From: an uncultured Oscillibacter sp.
Lineage (GTDB): Bacteria; Bacillota; Clostridia; Oscillospirales; Oscillospiraceae
Reading direction: 5' to 3'
Length of the DNA: 64,000 nt
Assembly: GCA_900550685.1 (NCBI GenBank)
Contig: URTS01000001.1
Location: 5,271 to 69,270 of the forward strand
The first letter of the stretch is position 1; each line of letters begins with the position of its first letter. Made by a program: the position numbers and the translations under genes. Positions 9,186 to 18,395 of the stretch are shown one piece after another. The notes beneath the pieces were generated by a model that had not been told where the DNA came from, did not search any database, and saw only the letters and a program-made list of their open reading frames with translations.

Positions 9186-10082
9186 ATGAAAAAGTTTTTG
9201 AGCCTTTCCCTCGCGCTTATCCTTTGCGTGGCATTGTCTGTCCCCGCGTTTGCAGCCAACTACACCAGCTATACATGGTCCGATGAGTATACGACCATGA
9301 AGTTCGACGCCGCCGCCGTTGCTACGGAAACCATCAAGGCTTGGGACTACGACAGCGAAGAATATACGAACCAGAATGTTACCATGATTACCGTGAAGCC
9401 CGGCTCTTCCGTAACGGTCACGGGCGACTCCATGTTTACGCTTTCCGAGCTGACCGAGGACGGCTATGGCGAGGATTACATGGGGGCGGAAATCAAGACG
9501 GGTGCTGTTGATGATATTTTCACCAATTTCCCCGCAGGTGCTCTTTTCGTGGTTGAGTATGGCAAGACCTATATCAAGCTGGGCGGTGTGGACGAGCAGC
9601 CTACTGCGCCCGCGCAGCCTACCGCTCCCGCGCAGCCTACCGCTCCCGCACAGCCTACCGCTCCCGCACAGCCTACCGCTCCCGCACAGCCTGCTGCTCC
9701 CACGCAGCCCGCAGCGCCCGCTGCCGCTGGCTCTTACACCGTGAAGAAAGGCGACACTTACGGCACGATCGCGCTGAACAATTATGGCACTTATGGCGTG
9801 TGGAGCGAACTTTACAAAGCCAACAAGGGTGCAAAGCTGACGGAGGGCGCAACGCTTGTTCTGCCCGAAAAGCTGGGTAAGGTTGCCCGCATCAATGCTC
9901 CTGTCGCAGCCAGCGGCGAAACCCTCTATACGGTCAAGGCTGGCGATACGCTGGGCACTATTGCCAAGGCGACCTATGGCGATGTGATGAAGTACAAGAC
10001 CATTTTCGAGCGCAACGCCGACCGTCTTGTGAACGCCAACACCATTTACGAGGGACAGGTCATTGTCCTGCCCGCGAAGTAA
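9186..10082 (+). CDS. Secreted protein with a PTAPAQ linker and two C-terminal LysM domains
   Basis: Signal peptide [31 protein letters not shown] and YTVKAGDTL...IA LysM motifs; RBS AAAGGA. Confidence 0.9.
   Translation: MKKFLSLSLALILCVALSVPAFAANYTSYTWSDEYTTMKFDAAAVATETIKAWDYDSEEYTNQNVTMITVKPGSSVTVTGDSMFTLSELTEDGYGEDYMGAEIKTGAVDDIFTNFPAGALFVVEYGKTYIKLGGVDEQPTAPAQPTAPAQPTAPAQPTAPAQPTAPAQPAAPTQPAAPAAAGSYTVKKGDTYGTIALNNYGTYGVWSELYKANKGAKLTEGATLVLPEKLGKVARINAPVAASGETLYTVKAGDTLGTIAKATYGDVMKYKTIFERNADRLVNANTIYEGQVIVLPAK
9597..9722 (+). repeat. Seven tandem 18-bp coding repeats (QPTAPA)
   Basis: CAGCCTACCGCTCCCGC(A/G) units, degenerate at the ends. Confidence 0.95.
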
Positions 10083-10109
10083 GCAAAACAGGAAACAGTA
10101 GAAATAAGT

Positions 10110-10157
10110 AAAGCTCCCCCGTCCACTTCCTCTGAAATGGACGGGGGAGCTTTTTTT
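10110..10157. terminator. Intrinsic terminator just inside the right TIR
   Basis: AAAGCTCCCCCGTCCA...TGGACGGGGGAGCTTTTTTT. Confidence 0.85.
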
Positions 10158-10217
10158 GCTAACGGATTTTCTTATCTTAACAGTGTTGCGCATATGCGTC
10201 GGCCTCTTTTTACACGG

Positions 10218-10751
10218 TCACTCTTCTATCTCTGCCATATGATCCGGAGTGCCGACGCCGGGCTCTCGGATATCACGAATCAGATTGCGGACAGCAATGG
10301 CTGCGATGAGTGCGCAGCAAACTCCGTAAGAAGCAGGCAAAACCCATGCAGGCGTATTGCTGGTACCGCTGGTCGTTCCCCGTGCGACGTGCATTGCGCA
10401 AATCACGTATACATAATACGCAGATACCGCAAAAAACACCAGACTAATCACGTCGGAAATTACCGCAAGGACCTTATGTGCCATGAGCTTGTGATGTTTT
10501 TTCAGGGAATCCTCCACCAACTCAAGATGCATGATGCCGCCCTCTTCAAAACAGAATGCGGCGCCAATGAAGTAACCCCACACGAAGATTGTCCGCAAAA
10601 GCTCGTCAGACCAGGGGATTGAGATTTTGAGAACAAACCGGGTAAAAACGCCAGCAGTGGCGACCAGAATGCCGACCAATCCTACAATGCCCAGGAAAAA
10701 CGTGCATTTCTGGTTGATTTTATTCCAAATATTCAAGCTATTCACCTGCAT
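10218..10751 (-). CDS. dctQ: TRAP transporter small permease
   Basis: 4 TM helices; R-F/W-S-D-E-L pattern; adjacent to dctP/dctM. Confidence 0.85.
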   Translation of the reverse strand: MQVNSLNIWNKINQKCTFFLGIVGLVGILVATAGVFTRFVLKISIPWSDELLRTIFVWGYFIGAAFCFEEGGIMHLELVEDSLKKHHKLMAHKVLAVISDVISLVFFAVSAYYVYVICAMHVARGTTSGTSNTPAWVLPASYGVCCALIAAIAVRNLIRDIREPGVGTPDHMAEIEE

Positions 10752-10778
10752 TTCCTTGAATCATGCCCAGAAGTAAAA

Positions 10779-11840
10779 TTACTTCAGACTTGCGACGTAA
10801 TCCTGAACCATGGTGAGAACTTCATCAGAGCCAGCCAGCTCGTTGAAAATGTCATAGACAGGACCAACCAAAGCCTTAAAGGCGTCCACGTCAGGGTTGT
10901 ATTCGATTTCAACGCCGTGTTCTTTCATCTGGTTGTAGCATTCCTCAGTCAAGTCGTCGGTCAACTGGCGCTGATAATCGCGGGCATCATCCATCGCCTT
11001 CTGGACGATCTCCTTCTGGTTGTCGGTCAAGGTCTCCCAAGTCTTTTCGCTCATCATAACGGTGATAGGCGTATAGGAGTGGTTGGTGACGGACAGATAC
11101 TTTTGAACCTCCCACATCTTGTAGCTGGCCAGTGTGGTCATTCCGTTCTCGTTGGCATCCACCGTACCGTTCTGCAAAGCAGTGAAAGTCTCGGTCATAT
11201 CAATTGCCATAGGGATGGCGCCAAAAGCTTCCCAAGTAGCGGTCTGAGTCTTGGATGGGACGCAGCGAATCTTCAGGCCCTGCATATCAGAAGGCTTAAC
11301 GATGGGATTGCGGTTGTTCATCAACTGGCGGACACCAGACTCAAAATAGCTGATGATGAAGGCGCCAGAGCCGTCGAACATATGGGAAATCTTCTGGCCT
11401 GGCTCTGCATCCAGCGTCTTGCGCGCCTGCTCGGCATCACCGAACACAAAGGGCAGCTCAAAGACCTGCACGGCAGGGACATAGCCGGAAATGTAGGAGC
11501 GGCCGCAAGAAACGATGTCCAGAGTTCCTTGGAACACGCCGTCCACGCAGGCGCTCAGGGAGCCCATATCACTGCCATAGTACACATCCGCAGTGATATT
11601 TCCACCAGAATACTCCTTAACCAGTTCAGCAAACTTATCATAGCCCTTGCTGATGGCATTATCAGGGGTGTTGCCGGCGGAGACAACAGTCAGGTGGACA
11701 GCCGGGTCAGAAGTGGCAGCCGGGTCAGAGGTGTTGGACTGATTGCCAGTGGAGGGAGCCGGGGATTCTGTCTTGCTTCCGCAGGCGGCAAGGCTGAGTG
11801 CCATGGCCAAAGCCAGCACGAGAGATAAGAGCTTCTTCAT
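10779..11840 (-). CDS. dctP: TRAP transporter substrate-binding lipoprotein
   Basis: Lipobox LAAC; DMQGLKIR; ALQNGTVDANE. Confidence 0.92.
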   Translation of the reverse strand: MKKLLSLVLALAMALSLAACGSKTESPAPSTGNQSNTSDPAATSDPAVHLTVVSAGNTPDNAISKGYDKFAELVKEYSGGNITADVYYGSDMGSLSACVDGVFQGTLDIVSCGRSYISGYVPAVQVFELPFVFGDAEQARKTLDAEPGQKISHMFDGSGAFIISYFESGVRQLMNNRNPIVKPSDMQGLKIRCVPSKTQTATWEAFGAIPMAIDMTETFTALQNGTVDANENGMTTLASYKMWEVQKYLSVTNHSYTPITVMMSEKTWETLTDNQKEIVQKAMDDARDYQRQLTDDLTEECYNQMKEHGVEIEYNPDVDAFKALVGPVYDIFNELAGSDEVLTMVQDYVASLK

Positions 11841-11902
11841 TTCTTTTCCTCCTGTAATTGTTGATGTATTTAACACAAAAGTGTGTTACAAAGTGAGGTC
11901 CC

Positions 11903-13183
11903 TTACTTTGCCATCAGGCTAGGAAGGAACAAACTGATCTGCGGCACAAACGCCACAACAATCAGACCAATCGTCGTGACGATGATGAATGGGATCGTTG
12001 CCGGTATAACCTTGTGGATAGGCCGCCCGCCGATTTGCGCCGCCATGTACATATTCAAGCCCAAGGGCGGTGTAACCATGCCAATGGAAGTAGCAGTGAC
12101 CATGATAGCGCCCAAGTGTACCAAGGATACACCATACTGTTCCGCAATGGGGGCCAAAATGGGTGCCAAAACCATGACCGCAGGGGACGCATCCACAAAG
12201 CAACCGGTGATCAGCATGATGATCAGCACGCAGATAATAAACACAACCTTGCTGTCAGACATTGCCAGCATGGCGGTGGCCGCCTTGGTGGCAACGTGCT
12301 CGCGGCTGAGCACAAAGGAGAATGCGCAGGAACTGGCCACAATGATCATTACGTTGCCAGTGCCCTTCATCGCTTTACCCAGTGCCAGAATAAGTGATTT
12401 GAAATTCAGTTCTTTGTAGATAAACAATCCAACGATCATCGAGTAAAAACATGCCACTGCCGCAGCTTCCGTCGCGGTGAAAACACCGGAGTAGATACCA
12501 CCCAGAATAATCAGCGGAGAAAGGATTGCCCAAATGGCATCTTTAAAGCTGACCCAAGCCTCTTTGAGGTCAAAGTGTCCCGTGCCCTTCCAGCCTTTTT
12601 TCCGGCACATCCAGACAGCCAACAGGCCGGTGCAGAGCACCATGACAAAGCCAGGCATCGCGCCGGCAATCAGCATGGTGCCGACGGATTGATTTGCGTT
12701 GACCGCATAGAGCACCATCACGATACTGGGTGGAATCAGAGGGCCAAAAATACCGGAGGTAGCGGTCAATGCACAGGCAAAATCCTTATCATAGCCCCGG
12801 TTGTACATTTCCGGGATCATAATGGATCCGATCGCCGCCGTAGTGGCAATCGCGGAGCCCGACATAGCAGCGAAGAAGGCGCAGCCGACCACCACTACCA
12901 TAGCTAGGCCGCCGGTAAAGTGACCTACCATGGACATGCAGAAGCGAACCAGCCGTTTGGAAATACCCCCACCCTCCATAAGGGCACCCGCCATGATAAA
13001 AAATGGTGCTGCCAGCAGAACATAGTTATTGACACCGGACACAGTCTGCTGCATGATGACCAGCGGAGAAGTGTCCGTGAAGCAAATGATATACAGCGCC
13101 GCAGATGCGCCCATCGTGAGCGCCACCGGCAGACCGCAGATCATTGTCAGTAGAAACGTGCCGAAAAGAACCAACATTGCCAT
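11903..13183 (-). CDS. dctM: TRAP transporter large permease
   Basis: APFFIMAG, SGSAIA, LIPPS, TPPLG; start re-called at MAMLVL after a GGAGG RBS. Confidence 0.92.
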   Translation of the reverse strand: MAMLVLFGTFLLTMICGLPVALTMGASAALYIICFTDTSPLVIMQQTVSGVNNYVLLAAPFFIMAGALMEGGGISKRLVRFCMSMVGHFTGGLAMVVVVGCAFFAAMSGSAIATTAAIGSIMIPEMYNRGYDKDFACALTATSGIFGPLIPPSIVMVLYAVNANQSVGTMLIAGAMPGFVMVLCTGLLAVWMCRKKGWKGTGHFDLKEAWVSFKDAIWAILSPLIILGGIYSGVFTATEAAAVACFYSMIVGLFIYKELNFKSLILALGKAMKGTGNVMIIVASSCAFSFVLSREHVATKAATAMLAMSDSKVVFIICVLIIMLITGCFVDASPAVMVLAPILAPIAEQYGVSLVHLGAIMVTATSIGMVTPPLGLNMYMAAQIGGRPIHKVIPATIPFIIVTTIGLIVVAFVPQISLFLPSLMAK

Positions 13184-13196
13184 AGAGAGGACCTCC

Positions 13197-14036
13197 TTAT
13201 ACCCTGTGCATTTGACTCGCGGCCTCTTCCGTGACGCGGACGACCCTGCGTATATCCGCATATAGGCTTTCTGTAGTGAACCGGCCGTCTGGTGCGTACT
13301 CGATGCCAAGATCCGCATTGGGAGAGTAGATTGCGATGGCCCGCAGCATCTCATCGATCTGTTGCGGAGAATAATAGCCCTCCGAATCATAAAGCGGGTA
13401 ATGGCTGTCATGCTTGCCGTCATTATTATTCAGGTGATATCCGCGAATGCGGGGGCCAAGTGTTTTAATCAGCTTCACGATATCCCAACCATTCAGCATG
13501 GCATGTCCGGTATCGATAAGACAGCCGATCTCATCCGGCAGTTCCGCAAAGAGCCGAACGAACTCATCGTAATCAAAAAGTAGGTTGTCCTTCAGCGGAT
13601 AGCCCACATTTTCCACCGTCATTTCAATCCCCATCTTTCGGAGCTTTTCGTACCAGCGGAGCAGCACCTCCTTTGTGCGGGCCCTTTTAGCAGACCGTTC
13701 CTCTTCAGGGAATGAACCCTCATTTGTATGAATCACCATAGAGGTCGCGTGGAACTGCTGATAATACCAGCAAGCCTTGTCGAAGCACGCTTCCATATAA
13801 GCTTCTTCCTCACTGCCTGGAACGGTGCAGATTTCAACAAAGGGTGCGTGAATTGTGGCAGGAATGCCCGCCATATCTGTGATCTGCGCAGTCAGCCTCT
13901 CGTGAAAATCCGGGGTCTTCCACTCGGTAGCATATTCAACGCCCAGCTGAAAGTCCGGAAATGCATCGACCTGACGTTTCAGAGTCTCATAATCCGAAAA
14001 CGCGATTCCATATGTCGACAAATAGATGCGGTTCAT
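13197..14036 (-). CDS. Sugar phosphate isomerase/epimerase (xylose isomerase-like TIM barrel)
   Basis: IHAPF, VENV, DTGHA, HL..NDG..DSH, IE motifs. Confidence 0.8.
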   Translation of the reverse strand: MNRIYLSTYGIAFSDYETLKRQVDAFPDFQLGVEYATEWKTPDFHERLTAQITDMAGIPATIHAPFVEICTVPGSEEEAYMEACFDKACWYYQQFHATSMVIHTNEGSFPEEERSAKRARTKEVLLRWYEKLRKMGIEMTVENVGYPLKDNLLFDYDEFVRLFAELPDEIGCLIDTGHAMLNGWDIVKLIKTLGPRIRGYHLNNNDGKHDSHYPLYDSEGYYSPQQIDEMLRAIAIYSPNADLGIEYAPDGRFTTESLYADIRRVVRVTEEAASQMHRV

Positions 14037-14075
14037 GCTTGTCCTCCTCCTTCAAATTCAGTACCATATGCTGTG

Positions 14076-15212
14076 TCACGCCATCAAATGGCAGGTGATG
14101 GTAGGAGAAAACAGCGCAAGCTCCAGATATTCCGGTAATCCGTTCATATTGTGGAACACGAACCGTTCCGCAATGGCTTCTTCCTCCGGCGTGTGCGCCT
14201 TGGCCATAGCCAGTTCGGTCAAGCCGCCATAGCGCATCTCATGCGCACAGTAGCCAAACAACTGCAGCCCATAGCCCTTTCCCTGCAGTTCTGGGATAAT
14301 ATAAACGCGCTCCATCAGGCCGCAGGTCTTCGGCAGATTTTCATCAAAGCCAATGCGGGTAAAGCCGGTCAGCTTTTCTTTTAAATAGGAAAATGCAATG
14401 TAGTTGGGATGCTCCTTCAGCAGTGCCTCCGCTTCCTTCAGATAGGCAGCCCGGTCGAAAGGCCTTGTGCCACCCCGCTCCTTATAATCGGCCTCAGCCA
14501 GTTCCAGAAGTTCCTCGCTCTGTTCCGGCAGACGGCAGGGATATACCGCCATATTGACATTGTCGCCTGCCATGCCGCTCCAGGCTCGTTGCAGACGCGG
14601 TGGCAGATGGGACGCGTCATTCATAAATTCCACGCTGATATTGCCGTCCCCGTCAATATCCAGCAGACTAACAGATGTGTTGTCTCCATGGCCGAAGGAC
14701 AAAACCTCCGTCATGGGTTTCCCAAGAGCTGTGCACAGCGCGGCCTTGATGCTGCAGGAATGGGATACCGCCAGCGCCACGCCTTCCTCACCAATTTCCT
14801 TGGCGATCCGCCGCAGGCCAAACAGCAAGCGGTCAGACACCTGTTGGAACGTGCTGGCTCCTGGGGCAGTCATATTCCAAGGACGGTCGCTCCAATTCCT
14901 GTGATCCTCCGGATACTCCTCAGTGATGTTGCCCCAAGCACTGTCCTCCCACACACCTGTGGTCACCTCACGCAGCAGGATACGCACCTTTACTGGCAGA
15001 TCCCGTTCCTTGGCGATAGGTGCAACTGTCATAATGGAACGGAAGGAATCGCTGGAATAGATTGCATCGATATGGATTCCTTTGAACCGGCGGCGTAGCA
15101 TTTCGTTTTGCTCATAGCCTTTTGTGGTCACCAAAGCATCCACATGAGCTTGGGTCCGGCGGCAGGCATTACCTTCCGATTCACAATGACGGATCAAATA
15201 GATCTTTGCCAT
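14076..15212 (-). CDS. Histidine phosphatase fused to a GNAT domain
   Basis: LIRHCE, SSD..R, VSH catalytic motifs; C-terminal ELQGKGYG acetyl-CoA motif. Confidence 0.85.
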   Translation of the reverse strand: MAKIYLIRHCESEGNACRRTQAHVDALVTTKGYEQNEMLRRRFKGIHIDAIYSSDSFRSIMTVAPIAKERDLPVKVRILLREVTTGVWEDSAWGNITEEYPEDHRNWSDRPWNMTAPGASTFQQVSDRLLFGLRRIAKEIGEEGVALAVSHSCSIKAALCTALGKPMTEVLSFGHGDNTSVSLLDIDGDGNISVEFMNDASHLPPRLQRAWSGMAGDNVNMAVYPCRLPEQSEELLELAEADYKERGGTRPFDRAAYLKEAEALLKEHPNYIAFSYLKEKLTGFTRIGFDENLPKTCGLMERVYIIPELQGKGYGLQLFGYCAHEMRYGGLTELAMAKAHTPEEEAIAERFVFHNMNGLPEYLELALFSPTITCHLMA

Positions 15213-15473
15213 AATCTCGAACCTCTTTATTAGTAATTATTTGTCTCCCTTTGATACTGCAATTATAGTCTTATCCTATGTGCTATTGCAAGTTTTTTTT
15301 CCAGCATTGCAGTTTTTCGCCCAAACGCACATTTTTCCCATGTGAAATCATCAAAGTTACCTGTTTTCCAAAAATTATTAGTGATATTTTCGGCAGATTT
15401 CATATTAAATCCTCTAGATTTGGCTATATACTTTTTTGCGCAGCCGTCAATACAACTGACATATAAACTCCTA

Positions 15474-15598
15474 ATCGGGCAGGTGGGCATAGCCCTCATA
15501 CTCACACCACCATGCGTATGATTCCGCACACGGCAGTTCACCCCCCCAAGTGCAATGACTTGTGAGTTTCTGCACACCTGTGCAGTCTGGCAGCCTCT
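15474..15598 (-). mobile_element. Group IIC intron 3' remnant (RT tail, domains V-VI)
   Basis: Minus strand reads TGAACTGCCGTGTGCGGAATCATACGCATGGTGGTGTGAG...CCCACCTGCCCGAT, matching IIC DV/DVI; preceded by ...KSLHLGG-stop. Confidence 0.75.
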
Positions 15599-15862
15599 TC
15601 AGAACTGAACGCAGCAGCAGAACTATTATATGGTGTATGCTCAGTTCTGAGCGTGAAACCATGCCGCCGATCTTTCCATAAACGCCTGCCGCCGCTATAG
15701 CCGCTCAAACGCTCTAAAACGCCCGTTGTAGGCGCTTCTGCTGGCTGCTGGGGGTTCGTTCCCCCTGTGTGTTTTCGTCTGCTTTTGCGGTTGAGCCCTG
15801 CGGTCAGTTCTGAGCGATGATTCAGAACTGACCGTAAAATTCCCTCTATCACTCAGTTCTGA
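15599..15862. repeat. Five TCAGTTCTGA boxes including a 13-8-13 inverted repeat
   Basis: Boxes at 15599, 15641, 15804, 15822, 15853; CGGTCAGTTCTGA-gcgatgat-TCAGAACTGACCG at 15801-15834. Confidence 0.85.
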
Positions 15863-15924
15863 AAAATCGGCTCGAAAGCAAAAAAGTCCGGGCCTCCCGC
15901 CATTACGGCGGGAAACCCAGATAC

Positions 15925-16299
15925 TTAACCGATCCCAATGGCGGTCGTATCCGGGGCGTTCCTGTGACCATTGGCGGCACCAGCTATGTCCCATCCCTGC
16001 CCATTGAGCAGTTGGTCAAGGAACATTTGGAGGACATTCTGCAATCCACCGCAGAGCCTGTGGAGGTCGCCATCCGCCTTTGCCTCTGCTGCATGAAAAC
16101 GCAGATTTTCAACGACGGCAACAAGCGCGCCGCCGTGATCTTCGCCAATCACTATCTGATCTCCAAGGGCGGCGGTCTGTTGGTGATCCCAGAGAGCCAT
16201 GTGCCGGAGTTCAAGCGCCTGCTGGTGAGTTATTATGAGGGGCGGGATGACGGAAGCATCATGACTTTCATGCGGGAGAAATGTTGGAAGACGTTTTAA
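15925..16299 (+). pseudogene. 5'-truncated Fic-family gene
   Basis: GGRIRGVPVTIGG...QIFNDGNKRAA Fic-like motif; no N-terminus or RBS. Confidence 0.75.
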
Positions 16300-16740
16300 A
16301 ATATATTAGGGAACTTTTGAATCGGAATTTGGCAAAAAGGTTCCCTAAACAATACTCCTAAAAATCACTTGTCTTTCGTTGAAGTATCTTGAAAACGACA
16401 AGGTAACGGCCAATAGCACATCTATGCACCATTTGTAAATTAGGGCTTTAGAAGCATGCGGAAAAAGGAAAGCAGTACATCATGTGTACCAGCATGATGC
16501 CCCCGCAAATCCGTTATCCTCTATAGCCCCAAAAGTTTTGGGAACTAACTACTACCGCGAAAATCGACGTGAGTTTTGCAGCACAAAGTATCTCTTGAGA
16601 TAGGCACTTATTCATTGAAATATTATCGGATAAATCCGGGAACATTTCAATTGGCTTCTTGATTTTCCTTCAAAATGATGTATAATGTCCATTGAAAAGT
16701 AGTAAGATAATACAGATAAGTTTTCAACGGAGGATGCATC

Positions 16741-18042
16741 ATGGAAATCAAACGGGAACGCTATTTGAACAAGCTCATCTCCTTTATGTGGGATGGTCAA
16801 GTGAAGGTCATCACAGGTATTCGCCGCTGCGGTAAATCCTATCTGCTGCGCACATTGTTCAGGAATTACCTTCTCAACGATGGGGTTGCCGAAGATCATA
16901 TTCTATCCTTTGAGTTGGACTTGACCCGTGACATTCGCTATCGCAATCCGTTGGAGCTTGCGGCTCATGTGCGGGGCATTGCGGAACACAGTTCGGAGCC
17001 GTACTATCTCTTTGTGGATGAAATCCAGATGTCCGACGAGGTACCGAATCCTTATAATCCGGACGGGAAGAAGATCACCTTTTACGACGCCCTCAACGAT
17101 TTGAAATCCTTGTCCAACTTAGACATTTATGTGACCGGCAGCAACTCCAAAATGCTGTCCTCGGACATCCTGACGGAGTTCCGGGGGCGCAGCGATGAGA
17201 TTCGTGTGCATCCGCTTTCCTTTGCCGAATTCTATTCTGCTGTTGGCGGTGACAAGCAGGACGCCTTTGATAACTACGCATTCTACGGCGGTATGCCGCT
17301 GATCCTCTCCCGCCCCAACGACGCCGCTAAAATGGCCTATCTGAAATCTCTCTTTTCCGAGGTCTACCTGAAGGACATTGTGGAGCGGAAGAAGATCAAG
17401 CGGGAGGATGTGCTGTCCGCCATTCTTGATCTGCTCTGTTCGTCCATCGGATCTCTGACCAATCCGACCAAGGTGGCGGACACTATCAATACGAAGCAAA
17501 AGCGCAGCGGCGAAAATGTGGTTGCCTTGAATACCGTCAAAGCCTATATGGATCACTTATCGGATTCCTTCCTTTTCACCGAATGCAAACGCTGGGACGT
17601 GAAGGGCAAAAGCTATTTTGATTACCCCAACAAGTATTACTGCGAGGATATTGGACTGAGAAACGCCCGTATCGGCTTCCGTCAGCAGGAAATGACGCAT
17701 ATCATGGAGAACATCATCTATAATGAGTTACTGCTCCGCGAATGCGCCGTGGATATCGGCATCGTGTACAGCAATGAGAAAAATGCTAAGGGCAAGATCG
17801 CTCCGGCGGCGCGGGAAATTGACTTCATTGCAGCCTCCGGCGGGAAAAAGACCTACATTCAGTCCGCCTACGCATTGGGAACAGAGGAAAAGGCCATCAC
17901 CGAGAATAAGCCCTTCGCGCTGACCGGCGATTCTTTCCCGAAGATCATCGTGCGTCATGACATTCGCAAGCGTTGGTATGATGATAACGGCATTCTCAAT
18001 ATCGGCGTTATCGACTTCCTGCTGGACGATTCACTCGTCTAA
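16741..18042 (+). CDS. AAA_14-type ATPase with DUF4143-like C-terminus
   Basis: GIRRCGKS Walker A, FVDEIQ Walker B, VTGSN, KYY..DIGLRN, EIDFI. Confidence 0.9.
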   Translation: MEIKRERYLNKLISFMWDGQVKVITGIRRCGKSYLLRTLFRNYLLNDGVAEDHILSFELDLTRDIRYRNPLELAAHVRGIAEHSSEPYYLFVDEIQMSDEVPNPYNPDGKKITFYDALNDLKSLSNLDIYVTGSNSKMLSSDILTEFRGRSDEIRVHPLSFAEFYSAVGGDKQDAFDNYAFYGGMPLILSRPNDAAKMAYLKSLFSEVYLKDIVERKKIKREDVLSAILDLLCSSIGSLTNPTKVADTINTKQKRSGENVVALNTVKAYMDHLSDSFLFTECKRWDVKGKSYFDYPNKYYCEDIGLRNARIGFRQQEMTHIMENIIYNELLLRECAVDIGIVYSNEKNAKGKIAPAAREIDFIAASGGKKTYIQSAYALGTEEKAITENKPFALTGDSFPKIIVRHDIRKRWYDDNGILNIGVIDFLLDDSLV

Positions 18043-18068
18043 TTTCTTCTAAAAGCAAATATGAAACC

Positions 18069-18109
18069 GCATTGAGGCGGATCTCCTTGGTTGGGGTCCG
18101 CCTCAATGC
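18069..18109. terminator. Hairpin between convergent genes
   Basis: GCATTGAGGCGGA...TCCGCCTCAATGC. Confidence 0.6.
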
Positions 18110-18125
18110 CTTCACCGGAAAAATT

Positions 18126-18395
18126 TTATGGTACACCCTTGACTTTTTCCCCCTCTTCCGGCAGCCCCAGCGCGGCATATGCCGTGATGAAGGCCGCCTC
18201 ATCCAATGCCCCGCTGAGTTCTCGCCCCAGCATCCCCTCCAGCCGCCGCACTGCGGCCGCATAGTCCGGCATCTGCTGCGTGAGTCCCTCGTGGATGAGG
18301 GCAGGCAGCCGCAGATATTCCGGCGGCAGCTGCCCCAGCCGGAGGCGGAGCCGGACGAACGCCTCCCCCAGATGCCGGTCTGCAAGCGCACTCAT
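18126..18395 (-). CDS. Hypothetical protein (89 aa)
   Basis: ATGA overlap with the upstream ORF; operon-like packing. Confidence 0.6.
   Translation of the reverse strand: MSALADRHLGEAFVRLRLRLGQLPPEYLRLPALIHEGLTQQMPDYAAAVRRLEGMLGRELSGALDEAAFITAYAALGLPEEGEKVKGVP

Larger units (their letters stand above)
6316..10188 (+). mobile_element. IS4-family cargo-carrying element (3873 bp)
   Basis: Perfect 20-bp TIRs CAACACTGTTAAGATAAGAA (6316-6335 / 10169-10188); flanking 10-bp direct repeat CGCATATGCG (6306-6315, 10189-10198); internal DDE transposase. Confidence 0.93.

Noticed and set aside
9597..9722. Tandem repeats as a CRISPR array
   Set aside because: No spacers; in-frame coding linker; no cas genes in the window
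6292..10212. Apparent 44-bp terminal inverted repeat or invertible segment
   Set aside because: The outer 24 bp are the palindromic target plus its duplication; the true TIR is 20 bp. No invertase is present.
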